Source: Candidatus Micrarchaeota archaeon (lineage in GTDB: Archaea > Micrarchaeota > Micrarchaeia > Anstonellales > Bilamarchaeaceae). Taken from it: 64,000 bases of DNA. Numbering within the stretch: position 1 is the first letter of the stretch; the number at the start of each line of letters is the position of its first letter. The position numbers and the translations under genes are program-made. The notes below the pieces were generated by a model. That model saw only the letters and a list, made by a program, of their open reading frames with translations. It searched no databases and had not been told where the DNA came from. Location of the stretch: assembly GCA_038046805.1 (NCBI GenBank), contig JBBSVO010000006.1:215166-279165 (forward strand), read 5' to 3'. Shown piece after piece: positions 18,901-28,463 of the stretch.

Positions 18901-20025
18901 GTGAAAATCGCTATTATTTCTGATACTCATTTGGGTTATGCCCGTTTTGAGGATGATGCAGCCGAGCAGGCAGAATCAGCATTTCTTGATGCAGCAAAAA
19001 AAGCAGATCTTATTCTTTACGCCGGAGATGTTTTTGACGTGAAAGTCCCGCGTTTGGAAACAATGAGGCACGCGGTTGACATGCTCAGGAAAGCAGGCGC
19101 GTCCAGAGTTCCAATCTACGCAATCCACGGAAACCACGAAAGAAGAAGCAAGGACATGGTTAATCCTGTTCAGCTCTTGGCGACTGTTGGGGTTCTCAAT
19201 TACCTGCACGCAAGCGGAACAATTTTTGAAAAAAATAATGAAAGGATTTTCATTTTCGGGATGGGGAGCGTGCCAGAGGATTTAGCCGCAACTGCATTGA
19301 AGACCGCGGTAGGGCGGGTTGAAGTGCCGAGTGGAATGCTTAGAATTCTTATGCTTCACCAGACTATAAAGGATTTTTCGCTTGGGGGAGAGGACGATCT
19401 CACGATGGATGAAATTTCAGGCCTACCTTTTGACTTAATTGTGAACGGACACATCCACAAGACGATAATTAATAACGAAGAAAATATGTTAATCCCGGGA
19501 AGTACTGTCATCACCCAGCTTAAGGAGGATGAAACTGCCCCGCGCGGGTACATACTTTATGATACCTCTTCCAAAAAACCAGAATTTGTTGAAATCCCGC
19601 ACCGAAAGTTTCTTTACGCGGAATTGAAATTCTCTTCTGCGAGTATGGTTGAAGTGCGAAATGTAGTAATTGAGAAGCTTGCGGAACTGAAAAAATTGGC
19701 AGATGGGGCGAAAAAACAACCAATAATTCGCATAAAACTTTCTGGAACTCTTAAGGAAGGAATCCGTCCATCAGATTTATTCATCTCAGCAGATGGGGCA
19801 TTTATAGATAATCAGTTGAACCGTAACGATGCGGGGATGAAACTTTCTCTTCCTTCCACTCCATCCGGAAGAACCGGAACAGTAACTGAAATAGCAATTT
19901 CTCTTCTGCGGAATAAAATCGGGGACAAAATGAAGCTGCTGGATCCAGCAATACTTTTTGATAAAGTTTCTGGCGATGTTGAATCTGCAGCGGAATATGT
20001 AAACTCAGCCGGTAATTCTCAATAA
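18901..20025 (+). CDS. mre11: DNA double-strand break repair nuclease Mre11
   Basis: SDTHLG, GDVFD, GNHE, HQ, GHIH, PGS phosphoesterase motifs. Confidence 0.88.
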   Translation: MKIAIISDTHLGYARFEDDAAEQAESAFLDAAKKADLILYAGDVFDVKVPRLETMRHAVDMLRKAGASRVPIYAIHGNHERRSKDMVNPVQLLATVGVLNYLHASGTIFEKNNERIFIFGMGSVPEDLAATALKTAVGRVEVPSGMLRILMLHQTIKDFSLGGEDDLTMDEISGLPFDLIVNGHIHKTIINNEENMLIPGSTVITQLKEDETAPRGYILYDTSSKKPEFVEIPHRKFLYAELKFSSASMVEVRNVVIEKLAELKKLADGAKKQPIIRIKLSGTLKEGIRPSDLFISADGAFIDNQLNRNDAGMKLSLPSTPSGRTGTVTEIAISLLRNKIGDKMKLLDPAILFDKVSGDVESAAEYVNSAGNSQ

Positions 20026-21117
20026 TGCATCTGCAAACTCCTTTGCATTTGCAGCGCTTTTCAAAGAAACATCCGAGAAATGGGTTCTCATGGTTTTGAA
20101 TCCAAGTGAATTCAATTCTTCAATTATCTTGCTCATTTTCGGAACGCTCTTCATGGAAATTCTTCTGCACATCCTGTGAACATTGTAATATCCAGGTGGC
20201 ATTTCAATTTCTCCTTCAATCAGTGCCAGAATTTTTTCTATCTCTTCAATATCCTCATAATCTTTTTTTCCGTTGAGTTTTCGCATTTTTGAGAGTGTTT
20301 CTCCGTCGTTTAGCCTCCCAATCCACAGTGGTCCACCCCATCTGGTTTCATTTCCGCAGTTTCCGCATTTTTCAATTATTTTTCCCCAACTTTCTCTCCA
20401 CCCACATTTTTCGCAATAAGAAATATAACCAAAGTTCCTTATGTTTTCGTCACTTTTTGCCGCACTACTTTCGCACTTTACAATGACCTTGAGATAATGC
20501 CTGTCGGAAAGAGAAACGAGCGGACTTATTCCAAAATTAAATTCCGAGGCTGCCTCGGCAATTCTCCTAATCAGAATCCGCAATCCGTTTTCGTGCGTAA
20601 ACTCATTATTCAGGCTTTTTGCATGATAGTTCTTTAGACAAGCGGTCTTCTCATGGCCGCACAGGACGGCAGTATCTGTTGCAGTAGCGGATAGATAAAA
20701 TGTTTTCGTTCCGCTCTGGTTCATGCGGAAGAATACCGCGAATAAATAGGGGGCAGGTGTTCCAAAAGGATCAAGTTCTATGAAGTTAAATTCAAAGTCT
20801 GTTGCATCAGCCACGAGAAATTTTACTATATCATCATTCACAATTTTTGCCTTTCTTGCCGATATTTTGTTTTTTGCCGCATTCTTTTTTGCAAGTGCAA
20901 TTGCATTTTTGCTCCAGTCAAGGAAAGTAACAGAACTTACGTTCTTGTTTTCTTTCGCATATCGTATTCCGCGTATTCCGCTTGCGCAGAATCCATCCAG
21001 CACATTAAGTTTTTCTCCAATTGCACCAACTGCAAGGGAGCTGAAGCTGCGGCAGAATCGCATCTCTGGATTGTAGAATATTTTATCTGCTGAGAATATT
21101 TTGCTTTCTTCTTCCAT
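20005..21117 (-). CDS. trm1: tRNA (guanine-26-N2)-dimethyltransferase Trm1
   Basis: FYNPEM, ASGIRGIRY, LDPFGTP, TATD...LCG, GPLWIG. Confidence 0.93.
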   Translation of the reverse strand: MEEESKIFSADKIFYNPEMRFCRSFSSLAVGAIGEKLNVLDGFCASGIRGIRYAKENKNVSSVTFLDWSKNAIALAKKNAAKNKISARKAKIVNDDIVKFLVADATDFEFNFIELDPFGTPAPYLFAVFFRMNQSGTKTFYLSATATDTAVLCGHEKTACLKNYHAKSLNNEFTHENGLRILIRRIAEAASEFNFGISPLVSLSDRHYLKVIVKCESSAAKSDENIRNFGYISYCEKCGWRESWGKIIEKCGNCGNETRWGGPLWIGRLNDGETLSKMRKLNGKKDYEDIEEIEKILALIEGEIEMPPGYYNVHRMCRRISMKSVPKMSKIIEELNSLGFKTMRTHFSDVSLKSAANAKEFADALLRITG

Positions 21118-21129
21118 ATTTCTCACGTT

Positions 21130-22377
21130 TTATTTTTCTTCATCAATAAATTCTCTCATTGCAACCGTTGCATAGCTTCCTGCCTGTAGTGAGAACGTAA
21201 ATATGCCAGCAATATTATCTTCTTCATCGGTCTTCATATCAAATTCGAAATCCTTTAACGGTGCAAGAAGCGTTCTCAAACTTCCGTTAGAGCTTATTTC
21301 CGGGATTTTCTTCACACGAAAATCGCTTCTTCTGATTCCAAGTTCCTGCAATACTCTTTCCTCGCGTTCGTTTGTTTCTGTTTCATAACCGATTAGTTTG
21401 CCGACAATATATCTGCCTTCGTCAGTATCTTTTTTATTTATATCCGGAAATCCGAATTCGTTTTCTCCGCAAAAATATTCCCCCTCTTCGCAGGATATTT
21501 CTCCATTCTTTATCCGTTCTGAAATGCAAATGTTAAATATATAGCTTTGTAACGCATGAACAAACATCAAAAGGATATTACGCGGCAATCTTCTAAGTGC
21601 TCCGATATAATCTTCCGGAGTTTCTGCCAAATGTGCAAGCATTGAGCGTTCAAGACGGAGGTGTTTTGGAAAGTTTTTCAGCGCAGCGGCGTAATCTTCT
21701 GTCTCAAGCAATTGTTTTCTTGCCGTGCTTGCAGAATCATTTTTCTCTCCATCCGAGTTTGTCAGGTATTCGGTTACTGCCCCCTCAAAATCTCCTTTTA
21801 CAATCCGTTCGCCAATCCTGTGCGTATTCTTTCGCGTGCTTCCGAATCTCTGCTCGCCAAAGTAATTCGGAAATTTTCCATTCAACTCGGAGTAGATATC
21901 CTTTACGGTTTCTTCAGCGTCTTTCTTATTTTCGCCTTCTTTTTTTATTCCGCTCACGCGAATCCTGAATCTGTTACCAAGAAGAGCGCCAAGATTTACC
22001 TTCTCGCTTGCAGACCACGCGCCATTTATGGAAATATCCTTTATCCTAAGTTCGCGCACCTTTTCGGGCGGAATTCCAAAAACAGAAACAAGCTGAGTAG
22101 TAATCGCGTTCTTGTCCTTTGTTCCTGCGAAATTGAAACGAGTTTGGCTAACGTGCAGCCTACTCGCAATTTCCTTTATTGCATCTGCCGTGCTCCAATT
22201 TGTTTTTTGAAGAACGAATTGCGTAAATTTTCCATTAGTTTCACTGGTTCGCTCAACAATCCGGTCCAATTCCAATATTGTTTCGTCCTCGCATATCTCC
22301 TCGACAACGAAGTCTTCAGGAGTACTCTTTAGTTGTCCTCCCAAACCACTAATTTTTGATCTATAACTGAGATTCAT
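21130..22377 (-). CDS. truD: tRNA pseudouridine(13) synthase TruD
   Basis: PEDFVVEE, AGTKDK.A.T.Q, GNRF.I, PNYFGEQRFG, GSYAT. Confidence 0.95.
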   Translation of the reverse strand: MNLSYRSKISGLGGQLKSTPEDFVVEEICEDETILELDRIVERTSETNGKFTQFVLQKTNWSTADAIKEIASRLHVSQTRFNFAGTKDKNAITTQLVSVFGIPPEKVRELRIKDISINGAWSASEKVNLGALLGNRFRIRVSGIKKEGENKKDAEETVKDIYSELNGKFPNYFGEQRFGSTRKNTHRIGERIVKGDFEGAVTEYLTNSDGEKNDSASTARKQLLETEDYAAALKNFPKHLRLERSMLAHLAETPEDYIGALRRLPRNILLMFVHALQSYIFNICISERIKNGEISCEEGEYFCGENEFGFPDINKKDTDEGRYIVGKLIGYETETNEREERVLQELGIRRSDFRVKKIPEISSNGSLRTLLAPLKDFEFDMKTDEEDNIAGIFTFSLQAGSYATVAMREFIDEEK

Positions 22378-22483
22378 ATCAATACCTATCCTGTTTTTTC
22401 GAACAAACTGTTTATTTGCTCTTGTTTCCCCAGAACTTTCATTTGTAAACATTTAAAAACACCATTCCCCCATTAATATTTGC

Positions 22484-23611
22484 ATGGCTCATGTTCGTGC
22501 ACCAGTTCAGGTTGCAGCTATGCAACTAGCATCTAGTCGAGGGGTTGGCAGTACTTTGGGTGGCCGTACTTTAAGGGATTATATTTCTGCCCCACCAGTC
22601 AATGGCAATTTCGCAGAATTATTCCGTCTTTTTGTTATTGCAGCCGCTCATGAGGTTAATAATTCCGTGTGTTCATTCACTTATTCAGAATCTGATCCTC
22701 CAGATATTCGGGAAAAAGCATTTCGCCTCATTAATTCACTCAAGCGTCTTGAAACGCTTTCTACTATCGCACAAGGTAAGGCGGGTCTTTTTGCCGGACC
22801 ATGCCTTTCTGATGCCGAGTGGCTTCGTCTACATCCTTCTATTACGCTTGCACAATTGGGTTCTGATCGAAGATATATCGTTGATCCACAGGCAGTGAGA
22901 CAATTTGGTTTGGAGGAAGTTCGCTCATTCCGAACAGCATTATTTGATTTTGCCTCTTCGGTAGAAGAGAAAATGGACTCTATCCGGGATGTCTTAAAGC
23001 CAAATTTTGAACGTGCAGTTCGCTTTGGCAAGCTGCTTTCAAATACTCTGGAAAAGCTAATGCAAGGAAATCTTGATCTAGATTGTGAGCTTGAAACAAA
23101 GCCAGTTTGTAATGCGTATACTCTTTGCACTGCTATGGTAAGAGATTGTGGTTTAAACGTTCAAGATTCAGTTCAGTTATCTCCAGAATCCTCAGCCAGA
23201 TTGGTCTCCCTCAATCCCATGTTTCTTGCGCTTATTGTTTCCAATATTACTTCCAATGCAAAGCGTGCTATGGAACCTGCAGGAACTGAAGGAGTCCTTC
23301 AATTAACCACTACTGTTTGCGATTCAGTTGTTCGTTTTGAGTTTGCTGACAATGGTTGTGGGATGTCTGAAGAAGTTCTTGCCAAAATCAATTCCGGTAT
23401 TCCGGTTTCTACAAAAGCAACTCCTACTACCTCAGATTCGGAGCAACACGGAGTCGGAATTGCTTATTGCAGGGTCTTGGCAGAAAAAATGGGCGGAAGA
23501 CTTTATGTAAGTGAGAGTTATACCGACGGTCCACAACGAGGTTCTAAAATAGTGCTTGAGCTCCCTCTTTCTAGTGCTTCGTTTACTCAGTCTCCCATCC
23601 GTGCTTGTTAA
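22484..23611 (+). CDS. Orphan histidine kinase (HisKA-like + HATPase_c)
   Basis: H-box AHEVNN; N-box NITSNA; DNGCGM; HGVGIAYC; MGG.L. Confidence 0.75.
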   Translation: MAHVRAPVQVAAMQLASSRGVGSTLGGRTLRDYISAPPVNGNFAELFRLFVIAAAHEVNNSVCSFTYSESDPPDIREKAFRLINSLKRLETLSTIAQGKAGLFAGPCLSDAEWLRLHPSITLAQLGSDRRYIVDPQAVRQFGLEEVRSFRTALFDFASSVEEKMDSIRDVLKPNFERAVRFGKLLSNTLEKLMQGNLDLDCELETKPVCNAYTLCTAMVRDCGLNVQDSVQLSPESSARLVSLNPMFLALIVSNITSNAKRAMEPAGTEGVLQLTTTVCDSVVRFEFADNGCGMSEEVLAKINSGIPVSTKATPTTSDSEQHGVGIAYCRVLAEKMGGRLYVSESYTDGPQRGSKIVLELPLSSASFTQSPIRAC

Positions 23612-25407
23612 ATCCCAATTAAATTCAGCACCCTGAACACCAATCCGCCAAGCAGGATTGCAAACACAAGTTCAAATGCAGTAATTCCAAGTGCCTTTCC
23701 AAGTCCAAATTCCCTTCTAAGTGCTTCTATGGTTGCAAGGCATGGGACGTAAAACAGTGTGACTACAGTTAGAACGACCATCTGCACCGGAGTCATTATC
23801 GCAGACAGGTCTGTAGTTGCGTATAACACAGCTGGCAACACTACAATAAGCTCTTTCCTAACTATTCCGAACAGCAGAAGCGTTGCCGCATACGCAGGAA
23901 GTCCTAGCCAGCCTTCTGTTATTGGTGCAAAAGCGCTGTTTAGCATGTCAAATGTCCCCGCAAGATACGCGGCTGCAAAGACCAATCCACCAATCATATA
24001 ATACGGGAATACAACTACGAGTATTGATTTTATTTTCCACCAGGTGTGCTTCAGGACCGCGCTCGGGGACGGGACCCTGTATGGTGGCATCTCCATTATC
24101 AATCCCATCGGCTCGCCTGGTAATGCCTTGAAAGCAATCTTTGCCAGAATCGCGATAACTACAAGATTGAATATGTATATTCCAATAGCCCATTCGGCAC
24201 CAAGATATGCCCCTACAAGTGCAAGGATTACGACTGTTCTTGCAGTGCATGGGATAAGGGTTATTGCAAATGCAGTTACTAGTCTGTCTCGATCATATTC
24301 CATTATCCTGCAGCCAAAGCACGCGGGAACGTTGCATCCATACCCAAGAATTATTGGGATTATCGCCTTTCCATGGAATCCGATCTTGTGGGCAATCCCA
24401 TCGAGCAGATATGCGATTCTTGTTATGTATCCGGTGTCTTCAAGTATAGAAAGCAGAAGATAAAACGGAATTGCGTATGGAATGACAAGTGTAATTCCCG
24501 CAACAAGTCCGCCGAACAATCCCTCCCATAATAGTTTTGTAGTTAAATCAGTAGCCTGCGGCTTAAATGTGTTGAAAAATTCCGAGATTGCCGTAGAGAC
24601 CGTGCCGCCAAATGCGAATATCGAGTAAAATACTACCCCCATCACTGCAAGCATTATTATATATCCTAAGAATCTGTGCGTAGTAAGTTCGTCCAGTTTA
24701 TCTACGAGCAGTTCCTTTGGTTCGGTTATTTTCATCACTTTTCTTGCGATTCTACCCGCGGCGAGGTATCTTTCATCGGTGTTCGTCTTTTTCTTTTTAG
24801 TTCTGATTTTGGATATTTTTTTCCTTTTTAGGCCGGACGTAATTGTGCATAATGTAAGCAGTTTACTTACTCCTACCCCTGTTGTAGCAATCGTTTTCAC
24901 AATTGGAATTCCGAGTGTTTTCGAGAGCTTTCTTTCATCTATGAAAATCCCCCGCTTCTTTGCACCATCACTTTGGTTGAGCGCTACAACGACGGGTGCA
25001 CCAAGTTCAAGAAGCTGGAGAGTAAAAAATAAGTTCCTTTCAAGGGCACAGCTATCCACCACATTGATAACTATGTCTGGTTTAGTTTCTTCTATGTATT
25101 CTCTGGTTATCTTTTCCTCGGTTGAGAACGTTGAAAGGGAATATATCCCGGGCAAATCTACGATATCTATTTCATAATCCTTGTAGCACAGGCTTCCTTC
25201 TGCCATTTCCACTGTTTTTCCAGGCCAGTTTGCAACATGTTGGTGTAGTCCTGTCAAGTAGTTGAACAGCGCGCTTTTACCCACGTTCGCGTTTCCGGCA
25301 AGTGCAATCCGAATTTTTTTCGTGCTGCACACCGCCTCGGTTTTTGGAGTTTTTCCTGTCTGGCCGTATCCGCAGCATGATTCACCAAATCTGTTCAAGA
25401 GCACCAT
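23608..25407 (-). CDS. feoB: Ferrous iron transporter FeoB
   Basis: GNANVGKS, NWPGKTVE, DLPGIYSL, GYGCNVP, MEMPPY, YVPCLAT. Confidence 0.95.
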   Translation of the reverse strand: MVLLNRFGESCCGYGQTGKTPKTEAVCSTKKIRIALAGNANVGKSALFNYLTGLHQHVANWPGKTVEMAEGSLCYKDYEIDIVDLPGIYSLSTFSTEEKITREYIEETKPDIVINVVDSCALERNLFFTLQLLELGAPVVVALNQSDGAKKRGIFIDERKLSKTLGIPIVKTIATTGVGVSKLLTLCTITSGLKRKKISKIRTKKKKTNTDERYLAAGRIARKVMKITEPKELLVDKLDELTTHRFLGYIIMLAVMGVVFYSIFAFGGTVSTAISEFFNTFKPQATDLTTKLLWEGLFGGLVAGITLVIPYAIPFYLLLSILEDTGYITRIAYLLDGIAHKIGFHGKAIIPIILGYGCNVPACFGCRIMEYDRDRLVTAFAITLIPCTARTVVILALVGAYLGAEWAIGIYIFNLVVIAILAKIAFKALPGEPMGLIMEMPPYRVPSPSAVLKHTWWKIKSILVVVFPYYMIGGLVFAAAYLAGTFDMLNSAFAPITEGWLGLPAYAATLLLFGIVRKELIVVLPAVLYATTDLSAIMTPVQMVVLTVVTLFYVPCLATIEALRREFGLGKALGITAFELVFAILLGGLVFRVLNLIGI

Positions 25408-25416
25408 TTTTTCATC

Positions 25417-26010
25417 TCACTTTACGAAGATTCTCGCAGCGAGTTTTCTGCCTATTGCAAGGTGCGTTCCACGCACTGAGATTTCTACCGGTCCTTTGAA
25501 CGGCGCTGCCTTTGTGATCGTGACCTGTGTGCCAGTTGTTAATCCCATATCTCTAAGTCTCTGTGCGGATTTTTTATCAGTCATTATCCCTAATATCTTC
25601 GTCTTTGCGCCAACATGCAAATTTGCCAGAGGGACTCCATTTTGCGCCAGAAGTTTTTTTATTCCTTTTTCTACGTCGTCTGGAATTGCATGTTCAAGAA
25701 CGCATGCCTTTTCATGAACTCTTCGTTTTATTCCGATTAATCCAAGAAATCGTTCCATTAACCGGTGTTTTCGGGTTACCTTCTCCCCGATTTTTCCCCC
25801 TTTTTTCGTAAGCTTTGCACCGTAATATGGTTTGTATATTAGTAGTCCTCGTTTTTCAAGTTTTTTCAACATCTCGCTTACGCTGGCAGGCTTTACATTT
25901 AATTCTCTGGCAATAGCGATTGCCTTTGCGCTTTCCTTCTTTTCCTTTTTCCGGTAAATCGCCTCAAGGTATTCTTCCATCTCCTCGCTCAGAAATTCCT
26001 GTTCAACCAT
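25417..26010 (-). CDS. DtxR/MntR-family metal-dependent regulator with FeoA domain
   Basis: EEYLEAIY, V.PASVSEML, RKHRL.E.FL, AC.LEH; C-terminal RLRDMGL..G FeoA domain. Confidence 0.92.
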   Translation of the reverse strand: MVEQEFLSEEMEEYLEAIYRKKEKKESAKAIAIARELNVKPASVSEMLKKLEKRGLLIYKPYYGAKLTKKGGKIGEKVTRKHRLMERFLGLIGIKRRVHEKACVLEHAIPDDVEKGIKKLLAQNGVPLANLHVGAKTKILGIMTDKKSAQRLRDMGLTTGTQVTITKAAPFKGPVEISVRGTHLAIGRKLAARIFVK

Positions 26011-26070
26011 AAAAATTTCACCATAAATTTTTATATTTGAAATTTTCTCTTAAAAATTTCAATCCATAAA

Positions 26071-26090
26071 TGTTTAGGTGTGCCTAAACA
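26071..26090. promoter_or_regulatory. DtxR-type operator
   Basis: Palindrome TGTTTAGG-tgtg-CCTAAACA resembling the TTAGG-N4-CCTAA iron box, 60 bp upstream of the regulator-feoB operon. Confidence 0.75.
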
Positions 26091-26142
26091 AATTTAAAGC
26101 TACTGGATTCGGGCTACTAGTTACTGGCAAACCATTCGATCG

Positions 26143-26703
26143 CTATTTCATCGCCTTTATCAGGTCTGCCCTTGTGATTATTCCACTTACCTTGCTCCCG
26201 TTTTTTACCAAAACTGCCTTGTAGAATTTGAGCATACTGGTTACCAGTTCCATTTCTGCGTTTTCTGGGACTGACGGAAATCCGCTTTCCATTACTTCCG
26301 TTACTGCGACCTTTCCCGCCTTTTCCCTATATTTTTCTATCCATCCTGCGAACATACTGTCAGATATGCTTCCAACTGGTATCCCCTGTTCGATCACCGG
26401 AAGCTGAGAGATGTCCTTACTTCTCATTATTTTCATTGCCTTTTCCAGCGTGTCTGTTGGTGCGACTCCTATAATTCCATGTGTCATGATCTCCTTTGCT
26501 TTTCTTCCTTCGCGGTGCTGTTTTTTTCTGTTTTCCAATGCCTCAAATATCGCAATTACCTTGGAATATGCCGGATCAATCTTTCCGCTTTCTATTTTTG
26601 CAATAAGAGACTGGCTAACTCCGGATAATTTCGCGAGTTCGCTTTGCGTAAGCCCAAGTACTCTTCTTATTTCCCCTATCTTTTCTATTCTCAAGTCGTG
26701 CAC
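26143..26703 (-). CDS. XRE-HTH + tandem CBS domain transcriptional regulator
   Basis: LGLTQSELAKLSGVSQSLIAKIESG..DP; CBS motifs SQLPV, GIITRADL. Confidence 0.9.
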   Translation of the reverse strand: MHDLRIEKIGEIRRVLGLTQSELAKLSGVSQSLIAKIESGKIDPAYSKVIAIFEALENRKKQHREGRKAKEIMTHGIIGVAPTDTLEKAMKIMRSKDISQLPVIEQGIPVGSISDSMFAGWIEKYREKAGKVAVTEVMESGFPSVPENAEMELVTSMLKFYKAVLVKNGSKVSGIITRADLIKAMK

Positions 26704-26805
26704 TATATTCACCTCGTTTTCACTGTTTTTCTTTATTCCCTAAGGAATATTTATATCAGGAATATATAAATATCGGAATAATTTAAAAGGATTCTGGTGA
26801 TAAAG

Positions 26806-27843
26806 ATGACCGTTTCAAAAACAAAAACTGATGGAAGTTGTGGAAGGAGTGCAGAATTTGCGGCAAGACGGGCGAGCGACTTTGAGAAAAGAAATCCGCT
26901 CATCTGCCTGGTTACGGATTATGGAAGGGACGAAGCACCCCATCTGGTAAGGTCTGCCATCCGTGCGATAAGGCCGGATGCGCGTATAGAAGATGTAACG
27001 CATGAAATTCCCGCATTCAATATCCTAATCGGGGCATGGAGGCTTTCGCGGGTTGTGGGCACTCCGACTGAAGCAGAGGGTACTATTTATGTTGCAGTAG
27101 TTGATCCAGGAGTTGGCGGGAATAGAAAAAGCCTGATAGTGCGGACAAACAACGGACAGTATCTGGTAGGACCGGATAACGGCCTGCTCTCGCTTGCATT
27201 TCAGGACAGCGGAATTGATTGCGCGGTTTCAATAGATAATCAGGAGCTGACTCTTCTGCGTTTTGCGAAATCCAGCACATTTGAAGGAAAGGACACGTTC
27301 GGTCCGGTTGCGGCTCATCTGGCAAATGGAGTCGGAATCTCGGAATTCGGAGAGCCGGTTGATCCGGCAGTGTTGAGGAGAATCTCGCTTGCTCCCCCGG
27401 GAACGGAGTCTGTGGATTCTCATTCAGGTTATCTTGTTGACATAGATAGCTTTGGAAATCTTAGAACGACTATCGGAAATGGCGCAATAAATGGAGCCGA
27501 TGGCGCGCGGGTAATTGTTTCCTGCAGGGGTTTCAAGAAGCTGGATGGGGTGTTCCGTCGCACGGGAGTCTGCAATTTTGAATCAGGCAAAGACGGGGAT
27601 TTCCTGCTGGTGCACTCATCCACGGGGTTCCTTGATATTGCGCTAAACCAGGCGGATGCGAGCAAGAGATTAAGGATTGATTCGAATGATATCAGTCTTC
27701 TCACTCGGAACGATGGGTTGCGGCCTTCTGCGGATATTCTTATTAGCACTGCGGCAAGAGATCTGAGGCCAGTTGACGATTCCAAACCAGTCAGACCATC
27801 TCGAAGTGAAAGCCGTTGCACTGGCATTTCGGGTCTTGGATAG
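26806..27843 (+). CDS. SAM hydroxide adenosyltransferase / chlorinase-fluorinase family (DUF62)
   Basis: TDYG, DVTHEI, VVDPGVG, GPDNGLL, STF.G.D.F.P.AA.L, IDSFGN. Confidence 0.88.
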   Translation: MTVSKTKTDGSCGRSAEFAARRASDFEKRNPLICLVTDYGRDEAPHLVRSAIRAIRPDARIEDVTHEIPAFNILIGAWRLSRVVGTPTEAEGTIYVAVVDPGVGGNRKSLIVRTNNGQYLVGPDNGLLSLAFQDSGIDCAVSIDNQELTLLRFAKSSTFEGKDTFGPVAAHLANGVGISEFGEPVDPAVLRRISLAPPGTESVDSHSGYLVDIDSFGNLRTTIGNGAINGADGARVIVSCRGFKKLDGVFRRTGVCNFESGKDGDFLLVHSSTGFLDIALNQADASKRLRIDSNDISLLTRNDGLRPSADILISTAARDLRPVDDSKPVRPSRSESRCTGISGLG

Positions 27844-27912
27844 CCGGCGTATCCATTTAATAAATCTCAGGGGTAATAATGTGTTTATATCATGCGTTTT
27901 TGAGGTGATCCC

Positions 27913-28383
27913 ATAACAACGTATCTTCAACCGACAAGAGCTAGCATAAGACTGCTTCCTACTGGCGAAAGGATAGACAAACCACTTAACCGCGTTCCGG
28001 TGGAAGTTGAGGTTTTTGCAAGGCGCGGACCAGATGGATTAACTCGTTCAATCCTTCGTGCACATGGTCGTGTTACAGGAGTCACTGAATTCGGAGACGT
28101 TCAGACAGATGTTCCGCACGATCCTCTGGATCGGATTTTGGGTGCGGATAAAGTGCGAATCAAATTGTATCCAGATTCCGGAACCGAACGAGTTTTCTGG
28201 GTTGAGCCGCACGATTCCAAACGAACGCCGCTTTGGCCGTTGGGGATTCCGGTCTGTCATAATGATAGAGGGTTGGTTACTTTGGGAACGCGAAATGGTT
28301 TCGCAGTCGAGGCACTTGGGTTACGGGCCCTGTTTTCGAATCCAGTTAATGTCACTCGCCCGCAATTGCCTCCATTAATGTGA
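27913..28383 (+). CDS. Hypothetical protein (start uncertain; ATA at 27913 or GTG at 28000)
   Basis: Frame open from an ATA placed 4 nt after GAGGTGA. Confidence 0.4.
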   Translation: MTTYLQPTRASIRLLPTGERIDKPLNRVPVEVEVFARRGPDGLTRSILRAHGRVTGVTEFGDVQTDVPHDPLDRILGADKVRIKLYPDSGTERVFWVEPHDSKRTPLWPLGIPVCHNDRGLVTLGTRNGFAVEALGLRALFSNPVNVTRPQLPPLM

Positions 28384-28463
28384 GGTCATCGGTCTCACAC
28401 CATTCAATCCACTTATTTTTTATTTTCTTCCCAAATCTAAGTAATATGTCATTTGTCTAGAAG

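Noticed and set aside
26806..27843. Halogenase (fluorinase/chlorinase) activity
   Set aside because: Most DUF62 members are SAM hydrolases; specificity cannot be assigned by eye and there is no secondary-metabolite context
28446..28463. In-frame ATG...TAG just upstream of metG suggesting amber read-through or recoding
   Set aside because: TAG terminates many ordinary genes in this window, so there is no evidence of recoding; likely chance
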